Of a stretch of DNA of 64,000 nucleotides, positions 41,570 through 55,902 are shown piece after piece; within the stretch, counting starts at the first letter, position 1; every line of letters begins with the position of its first letter. Made by a program: the position numbers and the translations under genes. Location of the stretch: the NCBI GenBank assembly GCA_964016885.1, contig OZ024746.1, forward strand, positions 372,001 to 436,000. Direction: 5' to 3'. Source of the DNA: Eledone cirrhosa (lineage: Eukaryota). Under the pieces are notes generated by a model. The model made no database searches and was not told the DNA's origin. It saw only the letters and a program-made list of their open reading frames with translations.

Positions 41570-42528
41570 CTACCATTAATATATAAATAATATATAGCTA
41601 ATATTGATAACAAATAAAGTTGATAAAGCTGAAAATGGTAGGGCGGGGGTAGGATAGAGGTAGAAAGAGGGGTGGAGTAGTTAGAAAGTCTCCATATAAT
41701 TTCAGGTATAATCAGTTCCTTATTAATTAATTCCTCTGAACAAATGAAGCAGTCCCAACTGGATAATTTAGTATCACATCTATCTCCACCTTGGTATGTC
41801 TACAGACTGCATAGCTAGAGCAATAATGAGAGTAGCAACAGTGTATTTCTGGAATATTTTAATAATATACTCCATTGTCAGTGAGAATATGTAAATATAG
41901 AGTAGGTCCAATTAGTGAAAACCTTCAGTACAACGGCAACGTTCTGAGAATGTAAGTAAACAGAAGAAGGAAGAAAATTGTATTGCATTAATTATTAGAG
42001 ATTTTTGCATATGTATAATTTGTTAGAGTCTAAAAAATCGAAGTCAATAAATCAATATAACATTGATTATAGATTTTTTTTCCTCCATGTATTTAAAAAA
42101 ATAAAATTGAAAGCAGTTCAATTGCAAATTCACATTGAATATTTACAAATTCTTGTACAAATTCACATCAAATGCTTACAAATTCTGGTACAAATTCATA
42201 TTTAATGTACACAAAATCTGGTATAAATTCACATTGAATTCTTCCATCTGTTAGAAATTCACACTAAATACAAATTCACATGAGTGAATCTTCTTCCAAA
42301 TAAAAATATTCAGTTATTCCTGCAAGTTCCAGTTTTATTAAATTTACATTTTTTAAGAAATCTTTTCATAAAATATACACCAGATGAATATAACAACAAA
42401 GTCAATTTTAGTTTGTTAAAAATCATCAAGTTCATTACCATCAAAGTCATGAGATGATGTAATACAAGTGATTGGAAAATCTGTATCTTATTTACTGGTG
42501 ATTGATCTGTTAATCTATCTTGCTAAGT

Positions 42529-45500
42529 AACAGCCATGTTATATACACAGTCAACAGCTATACTATATACACAGTCAACAGCCGTGTTATATACACAGTC
42601 AACAGCTATACTATATACACAGTCAACAGCCATGTTATATACACAGTCAACAGCTATGTTATATACACAGTCAACAGCTATGTTATATACACAGTCAACA
42701 GCTATACTATATACACAGTCAACAGCTATGTTATATACACAGTCAACAGCTATACTATATACACAGTCAACAACTATACTATATACACAGTCAACAGCTA
42801 TGTTATATACAGTCAACAGCTATGTTATATACACAGTCAACAGCTATGTTATATACACAGTCAACAGCTATGTTATATACACAGTCAACAATTATACTAT
42901 ATACACGGTCAACAGCTATACTATATACACAGTCAACAGCTATGTTATATACACAGTCAACAACTATACTATATACAGTCAACAACTATGTTATATACAG
43001 TCAACAGCTATGTTATATACACAGTCAACAGCCATGTTATATACACAGTCAACAGCCATGTTATATACAGTCAAAAGCCATGTTATATACAGTCAACAGC
43101 TATGTTATATACACAGTCAACAACTATACTATATACAGTCAACAGCTATGTTATATACAGTCAACAGCTATGTTATATACACAGTCAACAGCTATGTTAT
43201 ATACACAGTCAACAGCCATGTTATATACACAGTCAACAGCTATGTTATATACACAGTCAACAATTATACTATATACACAGTCAACAGCTATACTATATAC
43301 ACAGTCAACAGCTATACTATATACACAGTCAACAGCTATACTATATACACAGTCAACAGCTATACTATATACAGTCAACAGCTATACTATATACACAGTC
43401 AAAAGCTATGTTATATACACAGTCAACAGCTATGTTATATACACAGTCAACAGCTATGTTATATACACAGTCAACAACTATACTATATACAGTCAACAGC
43501 TATGTTATATACACAGTCAACAGCTATACTATATACAGTCAACAGCTATGTTATATACACAGTCAACAGCTATGCTATATACAGTCAACGGCTATGTTAT
43601 ATATACAGTCAACAGCTATGTTATATACACAGTCAACAGCTATGTTATATACACAGTCAACAGCTATGTTATATACACAGTCAACAGCTATGTTATATAC
43701 ACAGTCAACAGCTATGCTATATACACAGTCAACAGCTATGCTATATACACAGTCAACAGCTATACTATATACAGTCAACAGCCATGTTATATACACAGTC
43801 AACAGCTATGCTATATACACAGTCAACAGCTATACTATATACAGTCAACAGCTATACTATATACACAGTCAACAGCTATGTTATATACACAGTCAACAGC
43901 TATGCTATATACAGTCAACAGCTATACTATATACAGTCAACAGCCATGTTATATACACAGTCAACAGCTATACTATATACAGTCAACAGCTATGCTATAT
44001 ACACAGTCAACAGCTATACTATATACAGTCAACAGCTATACTATATACACAGTCAACAGCTATGCTATATACACAGTCAACAGCTATACTATATACAGTC
44101 AACAGCTATACTATATACACAGTCAACAGCTATGCTATATACACAGTCAACAGCTATGCTATATACACAGTCAACAGCTATACTATATACAGTCAACAGC
44201 CATGTTATATACACAGTCAACAGCTATGCTATATACATAGTCAACAGCCATATTATATACACAGTCAACGGCTATGTTATATACACAGTCAACAGCTATG
44301 TTATATACACAGTCAACAGCTATGTTATATACACAGTCAACAGCTATGCTATATACACAGTCAACAGCTATACTATATACAGTCGACAGCTATGTTATAT
44401 ACAGTCGACAGCTATGCTATATACATAGTCAACAGCCATATTATATACACAGTCAACAGCCATATTATATACACAGTCAACAGCCATGTTATATACACAG
44501 TCAACAGCTATGTTATATACAGTCAACAGCTATGTTATATACACAGTCAACAGCTATACTATATACAGTCAACAGCTATGTTATATACACAGTCAACAGC
44601 TATGCTATATACACAGTCAACAGCTATGTTATATACACAGTCAACAGCTATGCTATATACACAGTCAACAGCTATGCTATATACACAGTCAACAGCTATA
44701 CTATATACAGTCAACAGCCATGTTATATACGCAGTCAACAGCTATGCTATATACACAGTCAACAGCTATACTATATACAGTCAACAGCTATACTATATAC
44801 ACAGTCAACAGCTATGTTATATACACAGTCAACAGCTATGCTATATACACAGTCAACAGCTATGCTATATACACAGTCAACAGCTATGTTATATACACAG
44901 TCAACAGCTATACTATATACACAGTCAACAACTATACTATATACACAGTCAACAGCTATGTTATATACAGTCAACAGCTATGTTATATACAGTCAACAGC
45001 TATGTTATATACACAGTCAACAATTATACTATATACACAGTCAACAGCTATACTATATACACAGTCAACAGCTATGTTATATACACAGTCAACAGCTATA
45101 CTATATACACAGTCAACAGCTATACTATATACACAGTCAACAGCTATGTTATATACACAGTCAACAACTATACTATATACAGTCAACAACTATGTTATAT
45201 ACAGTCAACAGCTATGTTATATACACAGTCAACAGCTATGTTATATACACAGTCAACAGCCATGTTATATACAGTCAACAGCCATGTTATATACAGTCAA
45301 CAGCTATGTTATATACACAGTCAACAACTATACTATATACAGTCAACAGCTATGTTATATACAGTCAACAGCTATGTTATATACACAGTCAACAGCTATG
45401 TTATATACACAGTCAACAGCTATGTTATATACACAGTCAACAGCCATGTTATATACACAGTCAACAGCTATGTTATATACACAGTCAACAATTATACTAT

Positions 45501-48500
45501 ATACACAGTCAACAGCTATACTATATACACAGTCAACAGCTATACTATATACACAGTCAACAGCTATACTATATACACAGTCAACAGCTATACTATATAC
45601 AGTCAACAGCTATACTATATACACAGTCAAAAGCTATGTTATATACACAGTCAACAGCTATGTTATATACACAGTCAACAGCTATGTTATATACACAGTC
45701 AACAACTATACTATATACAGTCAACAGCTATGTTATATACACAGTCAACAGCTATACTATATACAGTCAACAGCTATGTTATATACACAGTCAACAGCTA
45801 TGCTATATACAGTCAACGGCTATGTTATATATACAGTCAACAGCTATGTTATATACACAGTCAACAGCTATGTTATATACACAGTCAACAGCTATGTTAT
45901 ATACACAGTCAACAGCTATGTTATATACACAGTCAACAGCTATGCTATATACACAGTCAACAGCTATGCTATATACACAGTCAACAGCTATACTATATAC
46001 AGTCAACAGCCATGTTATATACACAGTCAACAGCTATGCTATATACAGTCAACGGCTATGTTATATACACAGTCAACAGCTATGTTATATACACAGTCAA
46101 CAGCTATGTTATATACACAGTCAACAGCTATGCTATATACACAGTCAACAGCTATACTATATACAGTCGACAGCTATGTTATATACATAGTCAACAGCCA
46201 TATTATATACACAGTCAACAGCCATATTATATACACAGTCAACAGCCATGTTATATACACAGTCAACAGCTATGTTATATACAGTCAACAGCTATGTTAT
46301 ATACACAGTCAACAGCTATACTATATACAGTCAACAGCTATGTTATATACACAGTCAACAGCTATGCTATATACACAGTCAACAGCTATGTTATATACAC
46401 AGTCAACAGCTATGCTATATACACAGTCAACAGCTATGCTATATACACAGTCAACAGCTATACTATATACAGTCAACAGCCATGTTATATACACAGTCAA
46501 CAGCTATGCTATATACACAGTCAACAGCTATACTATATACAGTCAACAGCTATACTATATACACAGTCAACAGCTATGTTATATACACAGTCAACAGCTA
46601 TGCTATATACACAGTCAACAGCTATGCTATATACAGTCAACAGCTATGCTATATACACAGTCAACAGCTATGCTATATACACAGTCAACAGCTATGCTAT
46701 ATACACAGTCAACAGCTATGCTATATACACAGTCAACAGCTATACTATATACAGTCAACAGCCATGTTATATACACAGTCAACAGCTATGCTATATACAG
46801 TCAACGGCTATGTTATATACACAGTCAACAGCTATGCTATATACACAGTCAACAGCTATACTATATACAGTCGACAGCTATGTTATATACAGTCGACAGC
46901 TATGCTATATACATAGTCAACAGCCATATTATATACACAGTCAACAGCCATATTATATACACAGTCAACAGCCATGTTATATACACAGTCAACAGCTATG
47001 TTATATACAGTCAGCAGCTATGTTATATACACAGTCAACAGCTATGTTATATACACAGTCAACAGCTATGTTATATACACAGTCAACAGCTATGTTATAT
47101 ACACAGTCAACAGCTATGCTATATACACAGTCAACAGCTATACTATACACAGTCGACAGCTATGTTATATACAGTCGACAGCTATGTTATATACACAGTC
47201 AACAGCTATGCTATATACATAGTCAACAGCCATATTATATACACAGTCAACAGCTATACTATATACAGTCAACAGCTATACTATATACACAGTCAACAGC
47301 TATGTTATATACACAGTCAACAGCTATGTTATATACACAGTCAACAGCTATGTTATATACACAGTCAACAGCTATGTTATATACACAGTCAACAGCTATG
47401 TTATATACACAGTCAACAGCTATGTTATATACACAGTCAACAGCTATGCTATATACACAGTCAACAGCTATACTATATACAGTCGACAGCTATGTTATAT
47501 ACAGTCGACAGCTATGCTATATACATAGTCAACAGCCATATTATATACACAGTCAACAGCCATATTATATACACAGTCAACAGCCATGTTATATACACAG
47601 TCAACAGCTATGTTATATACAGTCAACAGCTATGTTATATACACAGTCAACAGCTATACTATATACAGTCAACAGCTATGTTATATACACAGTCAACAGC
47701 TATGCTATATACATAGTCAACAGCCATATTATATACACAGTCAACAGCCATATTATATACACAGTCAACAGCCATGTTATATACACAGTCAACAGCTATG
47801 TTATATACACAGTCAACAGCCATGTTATATACAGTCAACAGCTATGTTATATACACAGTCAACAGCTATGTTATATACACAGTCAACAGCTATCTTATAT
47901 ACACAGTCAACAGCTATCTTATATACACAGTCAACAGTTATACTATATACACAGTCAACAACTGTTATATACACAGTCAACAACTGTTATATACACAGTC
48001 AACAGCCATGTTATATACAACTGCTATATACAGTCAACAGCTATGTTATATACAGTCAACAGCTATGTTATATACACAGTCAACAGCTATGTTATATACA
48101 CAGTCAACAGCTATCTTATATAAACAGTCAACAGCTATCTTATATACACAGTCAACAGTTATACTATATACACAGTCAACAACTGTTATATACAGTCAAC
48201 AACTGTTATATACACAGTCAACAGCCATGTTATATACACAGTCAACAGCCATGTTATATACGGAGTCAACAGCTATGTTATATACAGTCAACAGCTATCT
48301 TATATACACAGTCAACAACTGTTATATACGCAGTCAACAACTGTTATATACGCAGTCAACAACTGTTATATACACAGTCAACAGCCATGTTATATACGGA
48401 GTCAACAGCTATGTTATATACAGTCAACAGCTATGTTATATACACAGTCAACAGCTATACTATATACAGTCAACAGCTATGTTATATACACAGTCAACAG

Positions 48501-49568
48501 CTATGCTATATACATAGTCAACAGCCATATTATATACACAGTCAACAGCTATACTATATACAGTCAACAGCTATACTATATACACAGTCAACAGCTATGT
48601 TATATACACAGTCAACAGCTATGTTATATACACAGTCAACAGCTATGCTATATACACAGTCAACAGCTATACTATATACAGTCGACAGCTATGTTATATA
48701 CAGTCAACAGCTATGTTATATACACAGTCAACAGCTATACTATATACAGTCAACAGCTATGTTATATACACAGTCAACAGCCATGTTATATACACAGTCA
48801 ACAGCCATATTATATACACAGTCAACAGCCATATTATATACACAGTCAACAGCCATGTTATATACACAGTCAACAGCTATGTTATATACAGTCAACAGCT
48901 ATGTTATATACACAGTCAACAGCTATACTATATACAGTCAACAGCTATGTTATATACACAGTCAACAGCTATGCTATATACATAGTCAACAGCCATATTA
49001 TATACACAGTCAACAGCCATATTATATACACAGTCAACAGCCATGTTATATACACAGTCAACAGCTATGTTATATACACAGTCAACAGCTATGTTATATA
49101 CACAGTCAACAGCTATCTTATATACAGTCAACAGCTATCTTATATACACAGTCAACAGTTATACTATATACACAGTCAACAACTGTTATATACACAGTCA
49201 ACAACTGTTATATACACAGTCAACAGCCATGTTATATACAACTGCTATATACAGTCAACAGCTATGTTATATACAGTCAACAGCTATGTTATATACACAG
49301 TCAACAGCCATGTTATATACACAGTCAACAGCCATGTTATATACACAGTCAACAGCTATGTTATATACAGTCAACAGCTATCTTATATACACAGTCAACA
49401 ACTGTTATATACGCAGTCAACAACTGTTATATACACAGTCAACAGCCATCTTATATACACAGTCAACAGCCATGTTATATACACAGTCCACAACTGCTAT
49501 ATACACAGTCAACAGCCATGTTATATACACAGTCAACAGCCATGTTATATACACAGTCAACAGCTATG
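42529..49568 (+). repeat. ~7-kb 24/22-bp minisatellite
   Basis: Unit tatatacacagtcaacagctatgt, with 22-bp (minus CA) and 21-bp variants and an internal ~2.2-kb higher-order duplication. Confidence 0.97.
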
Positions 49569-49720
49569 AGGTAGCAACGTTTCTGCAGTATTTTATTAGG
49601 GACACCAGTCCTCTCCCAATTAAACATGTACCCAACAACATCACCAGTCCTCTCAATGTTAGACATGTACTTAACATCACAAAATGTTATTTTGTTTTCT
49701 AATAAAATAATTTCACTTAC

Positions 49721-49779
49721 TTCAAAATTTAATTCGTCATCAGATACATCCGACCAACTCCTTTTAATCGGGTTGTTAC
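49721..49779 (-). CDS. Putative exon (59 nt) of the unidentified acidic peptide: NNPIKRSWSDVSDDELNFE
   Basis: ttcttcttcgttttag| acceptor and |gtaagt donor, phase 1 to 0, in frame with the 37123 exon. Confidence 0.65.
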
Positions 49780-50479
49780 CTAAAACGAAGAAGAAAAATA
49801 TACTTCAGTTTTAATTTTGAAACTGAAATTTATAATTTATATACTCCCAGATCTCGTATAATCCCCCTCCACAATTAATCTTTCAGAACCAAGAGTAGCT
49901 TCTATATATACTGATGTATATATACTGATGTATATATATGTCCCAGATTTTACATACATCTACGACACTTGGAAAATGGGTGTTAAATGATTATGATGAT
50001 GATTTGCAATGTAGAACAGATTTTTAATTGAGATTTTGTAGGTCCAGTTGATAAGTCACATACAGGTTTTTCTTGTATTTTCATGGGGAAAGGCATGTCA
50101 TACATGAATGTGTGTGTGTACATACACCCACAGTAAAATATCTATAACTGACATCTGCTGATCTCCACTATTGTACATACCTTCTTTGTCCCTTATCACT
50201 ATGTCTGCTCTGTTATGTTTTATTGGGGTTTTAACTGGAACATTCCACCAGAACTCTTTCATATTATGTGTCCTCCACTGTAACTTATTCTCAGAACTAT
50301 CTTTTCTACAGAATGTATAGTGTTGTGGCCACTACATCATGTCTCATCACAGAGAAAGTATAACAACTTTCAAAGCATTATGTCCACTGTTTTAACATAA
50401 ATCTAATGGTCTTCATTTTCTGAACATTCAGAATATTGAGTTGTTATTTAACATTATTTAGTCTTGCCAGGAATAGGTG

Positions 50480-50895
50480 TCAGTTGGTATATAGTATAGC
50501 TACATGTGTCGGTTGGTGTATAGTATAGCTACATGTGTCAGTTGGTGTATAGTATAGCTACATGTGTCAGTTGGTGTATAGTATAGCTACATGTGTGGGT
50601 TGGTGTATAGTATAGCTACATGCGTCAGTTGGTGTATATTATAGCTACATGTGTGGGTTGGTATATAGTGTAGCTGCATGTGTCAGTTGGTTATATAGCT
50701 ATATGTGTGGGTTGGTGTATATAGCTATATGTGTGGGTTGGTGTATATAGCTGCATGTGTCAGTTGGTTATATAGCTATATGTGTGGGTTGGTGTATAGT
50801 ATAGCTGCATGTGTAAAGTATAGCTACATGTGTCGGTGTATAGTATAGCTACATGTGTGGGTTGGTGTATAGCTACATGTGTGAGTTGGTGTATA
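50480..50895 (+). repeat. ~29-bp degenerate tandem repeat
   Basis: Unit gttggtgtatagtatagctacatgtgtca, with shorter variants. Confidence 0.88.
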
Positions 50896-52059
50896 TTAGT
50901 GTGTGTAGATATATAGAGTATTGAAGTAATGTAAATTTTTGTTTGGCTTGCTTGCGTGCGTGCGTGCGTGCCAGTGTGTGTGTGTGTCAGTGTGTGTGTG
51001 TGTCTGTGTGTGGGGGTGTATGTCAGTGTATGTCAGTGTGTATGTCAGTGTGTATATACAGGCTTTGCTGTGTAAATATCACCAATATATAAACATTGGG
51101 ATATTTACACATCTCATGTCAGTGAATTCACACAAAATATTGTTGTTGTTGTTGTCCTGTGGTACAGTTATCCTATATCTATAGTGCTACACCAGTGATG
51201 CTGTCAGGTTGGCATGGTAGGGGTGAAGAAGGTGGTGTATACTAGATGAGAGCAACGTCCCCCTCTATCACTCACTCTCTCTATATCTACTATATAAATG
51301 GCAATTTCTGTCTGAGTCTAATCAGTTGGTGTCTAATCAGTTGGTGTTTAAACTTTACACACATGTTAAGCTAATATTCAGAAACAGGACTGGCTAATCG
51401 AACCCCTGGGGAGATTAAACCCGCCCTCATTAAACCCGCCCTCCCACTACCCTCTTTCTCCTCCTCCCACAACTCAGTCCTCCAAAACGAGGCAACAACT
51501 TATTTGCTTTTTTTTTGTTCTTCATTCTGTAGAGAAAGAGAGAGAGGAGGGTGAGAGAAGAGAGAGAAGGAAAACAGAAAAATGATAGCATAGTTCGATA
51601 ACTAACTTTTATTTATTTTTTAAATGCTTCTTTACTTTCTTAACGTTACTTCTCTTTCTCTCTCTTTCACAAAAGTCATAATGAGACTACTGTGTGTGTA
51701 TGTGAGCGTCTGTGTGCACGCGTACGTGTGTGTCTTGGCGTTCTTAAATTAGAGACATATATCCCAGTCTACTGTCTCATGTATGTATATATATATATAT
51801 CCCATCTAACCCATGTTAGCGTGGAAGATGGACGTTTAATGAAGATGATATATGAAGCAAAAAGGAAAGGTTGTATATGACACCTCGATCTACTAGAAAT
51901 ATTAGCAAAATCCATTTCAAATCACAGTGAACAGCCTTACACATGCATGTATGTTATGGAAGCCACTATAATGTTGGTGTACCTAAAATAAATAGAAAGC
52001 AAATCTCCCTCAAACAAGATCTTACTGCCATAGAGGTAAAAGTTGGTGAAAGCTACAGT

Positions 52060-53742
52060 CATCATCATCATCACCGTTTTACGTCCGTTCTTCCACGCTA
52101 GCATGGGTTAGACGGGTTGTCCTGTTGTGGGCAGTGTCTGGTCGGCTGACCATGTCTTGCTCATACAGGAACTGATTTGGCTTGATTTCTACAGCTGGAT
52201 GCCCTTCCTAACACCAACCTCATTTACATTGAGTGCTGGGTGCTTTTTCGTGGCGCCTACACGTCCACTTTACAGTGTGGGCTGGGTGCTTTCTTGCCGT
52301 GGCACTCCACGACCACCTTGCGGTGGGGGTGTGGGGGCATATTGTCTATATGCTTCAGCTTGTACCCATGGGAGGTCGGGTACTCTGTATTACTGCGTGA
52401 CACCAGAAGTCATGGTCGTGTGTCATTGCCTTTGAGAGGTGTAATTGGGTAAGGTCGGCTTTTATCACCTCATCCCAGGTCATTTCGGGTCTCCCCACTC
52501 CGCGGTTTCCATCAACTTCTAGTGCTCTGCACCTTTTTATGCAGTTGTCATCCTTCATACGCATCACATGTCCACACCAGCACAACCGCCTCTCCTGCAC
52601 ACAGCATTTAATTCCTCTTATGCTCAGTCTCTCTCTCAATTCATTTATGCTTTGTCGTTCACATATATTACTGCTACACATCCATCGGAGCATGCAGGCT
52701 TCGTTTCTCTCTAATCTACGTAAGTCTTCCACCTTCAGCACCCAGGTCTCACTACCATGCAACATTGCTGTTCGGATACACGCATGATACAGTCTGCCTT
52801 TCATTCTGAGGGAGAAGCCTTTTGCAGCTAGCAGTGGTAGTAGTTCCCTAAACTTCTTCCATCCCGTTCTTACCCTAGTTATTGTACTTTCTGAACACCC
52901 ACCTCCGCTGCTAATTCGGTCACCTAGGTAGCAGAAGCTGTCTACTGTTTCTACAGAGCCCTCCCAGAGATTGGTGGTACTTGTTTCCTGTGGCTGTTTG
53001 CTGCTTGCTGTCTCAGCACAGCTGCTGCATGTGAAGCCTACATTCTTAATTAAGCTTCCTGAGATCCCGCTACATCTCTTGTGTACCCATTGTTTGCATT
53101 TGGGGCAGAGAATGGAGTTCCTACCTACACCTTTCCTACTTACTGAGCAAGGCCATTTCCCTGAGGGGATCTGGGTTCTGTTTTCTCGTCTACTTACAAG
53201 GACCTTAGTCTTTGTCATGTTGACTTTGAGACCCTTTCTTTCTAGTCCCTGCTTCCAAGTTTGGAATTTATTCTCTAGTTCTACCATAGATTCAGCTATG
53301 AGTACGAGGTCATCAGCATACAGGAGTTCCCATGGGCATCCGGTCTTAAACTCTTCCGTTATTGCCTGCAGGACTATGATGAAAAGGAGGAGGCTAAGAA
53401 CAGAGCCCTGGTGGACCCCAACCTGTACGCTAAATTCCTCGCTATACTCATTGCCAATCCTAACTTTGCTGACTGCTCCCCTATACATGGCTTGTACCGC
53501 TTTCACAAGCCATTCATCTACTCCTAGTTTTCTAAGAGCCCACCAGATTACAGCACGTGGAACTCTGTCAAAAGCTTTCTCAAGGTCGACAAATGCCCAA
53601 GTAGAGTGGCTTACTTTTAGCTAGGTACTTTTCCTGTAATTGCCTCACAAGGAAGAGGGCATCAGTGGTGCCTCTTCCTGGTACAAACCCAAATTGCATC
53701 TCGTCTATTTTCACCCGGTCCCTAATCAACTGTGCTATAACA
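52060..53742 (-). mobile_element. 5'-truncated RTE-clade LINE, family A, with a long open RT C-terminal ORF
   Basis: ORF 52355-53506 (383 aa: GVHQGSVLS, YADD, Cys/His finger, [13 protein letters not shown]); 3'UTR and (GAT)n tail. Confidence 0.95.
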
Positions 53743-53754
53743 GTGTAAAAATTT

Positions 53755-53865
53755 TAATTAACCCAGGCTCTGCCACACTTTGGGCCAAGGAGGGTAAACT
53801 CTCCAAATATCGGTCGCTCCCCAACAGGTTTGTTGTTGAGCCCATAGCAATGGAGACTTCTGGTG
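53755..53865 (+). mobile_element. Fragment of a restriction-like endonuclease (RLE) domain, CRE-clade-like
   Basis: 'PGSATLWAKEGKLSKYRSLPNRFVVEPIAMETSG' fits the A...K..KY..L....F.P.A.ET.G pattern of CRE-type RLEs. Confidence 0.55.
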
Positions 53866-54006
53866 ACACATCTCCCTCACCATCCTCTATTCCGACCGCT
53901 GGAGCTGTTGGGTGGCCAGCGTGTGGGCCCCCATTTGCTCATAATAGTGAGTGATGGGGAGATCGGAAGAAATGGAGGCAGTGACAGTGGGAGTTTTGTT
54001 GCTGGT

Positions 54007-54759
54007 GTCATCATCATCACCGTTTTATGTCCGTTCTTTGATGCTAGCATGGGTTAGACGAGTTGTCCTGTTGTGGGCAGTGTCTAGTCGGCTGACCATG
54101 TCTTGCTCATACGGGAACTGATTCTGGCTTGATTTCTACAGCTGGATGCCCTTCCTAACAGCAACCTCATTTACAGTGAGTGTTGGGTGCTTTTTTCCGT
54201 GGCACCTCCACGTCCACTTTATAGTGAGTGCTGGGTGCTTTTTTGCTATGGCACCTGCACAACCTCTTTGCAGTGGGAGGGGGTGGGGGCATATTGTCTA
54301 TATGTTTCAGCTTCGGCTTGTACCCGTGGGAGGTCAGGTCTTCTGTATTACTGTGTGACACCAGAGGTCATGGTCCTGTGTCATCGCCTTTGAGAAGTGT
54401 AATTGGGTAAGGTCGGCTTTTATCACCTCATCCCAGGTCATTTCGGGTCTCCCCACTCCACGGTTTCCATTGACTTCTAGTGCTCTGCACCTTTTTATGC
54501 AGCTGTCATCCTTCATACACATCACATGTCCATACCAACGCACCGCCTCTCCTGCACACAGCATTTGATTCCTCTTATGCTCAGTCTCTCTCTCAATTCG
54601 TTTATGCTTTGCCGTTCGCGTATATTACAATTACACATCCGTTGGAGCATGCAAGCCTCATTTCTTTCTAATCTATGCAAGTCTTCTACAGACAGCGCCC
54701 AGGTCTCACTACCACGTATCATTGCTGTTCGTATACACGCATCATACAGTCTGCCTTTC
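54007..54759 (-). mobile_element. RTE family A 3' fragment
   Basis: 'RLYDACIRTAMIRGSETWAL...RWYGHVMCMKDD'; the 3'UTR carries two copies of the 48-bp-like unit; (GAT)n tail. Confidence 0.92.
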
Positions 54760-54792
54760 AGTGGTGTATATGTATATATTTACCACACTTAC

Positions 54793-54798
54793 TCATTT
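54793..54798 (-). CDS. Candidate 6-nt micro-exon (or end of a longer exon) supplying ATG A
   Basis: ctttcctgaattacag|AAATGA|gtaagtgt; ATG A|GT joins the 49779 exon in frame (MSNNPIK...). Confidence 0.35.
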   Translation of the reverse strand, partial: K

Positions 54799-55902
54799 CT
54801 GTAATTCAGGAAAGTTTATTGAAATGTGTGTAAGTAAATTCTTCATTCATTCATAAACCAATGGTAAATTTATTTTTTATTTTATTTTTTATTTGTGTTT
54901 TTTAAAATAGCCTTCACATTTTGTTTGAATTTCAGAGGTTCTGATTGTGCAAAAAAAAAAAAAAAGGATAAATAAAATCTAAATTTATTCTTTTGAACAT
55001 GCCCTTTTCACTGACAACATACCTAATGACTCTTCCAAGTGCAAAGCATTATATATGCTGACTGTAATAGGGAGCAGTATTAAAATAACAATCACCATGG
55101 GACAAAACTAATAATATTTTTATCTACATTATTTGCTTTAAACAAATGGCAATAAATATTCTGCTGTAATTCCTACTTTAGTTAAAATTCAGCAATCATG
55201 TTTCAATGGTCAAATATTGTAACTTTAATAAAATACCCTGGAATCACCGCGTAGCTCAGCTAGTATTACATAAAAGAAAACCGAACACAATTCAATATTT
55301 CTATTTTCAAGTTGAAAGTATTTAGCAAATAAATATTATATTTTCTTTAAACAATAGAAAGTTACATTAAATATTTCACTTGGAATTACTTTTTCAGCAG
55401 ATAGAAGAAAAGCAATACTAAAACATTATTGTCAGGTCTGTCTTACAATTTCCAATTATATGTATAGTCTTGTCATATGACATACACAATAGTTAGAGAG
55501 ACAGATGGAGATTGGTGAGCCAGACTAAGGTGTCATTTGTAGTTTTATAAATTGCCTCCAGGCCACTGGGAAAACACCTGAGGGAGCAATCCTGAACAAC
55601 ATGCAGCACTGTCTGGTCAAGGTACCCACAGTCACATGCTCAGCTGTCTTTCATTGTCCATCAATGGAGATAATGGGTTGTCCTGGCATGTTGTGTGGAT
55701 CTGATTAACGAACACCCATTACTTTCTAGGACGGTCAAAGCTGGTTAGTTTAGATGTAGGGTTCTGGACAAGGTCTTGGTTGGCAAATATGTACTCATGT
55801 TGAACTGGTACCTCCATTTTATATACATTTACAATGTACCATATCTTTTCAATTTACCTTTCATAGTTAATGTGCGCGCACGCACACACACACACACACA
55901 CA

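Noticed and set aside
42520-49702. 1867-aa and other long repetitive ORFs
   Set aside because: Minisatellite translations that cycle between frames as 22- and 24-bp units alternate.
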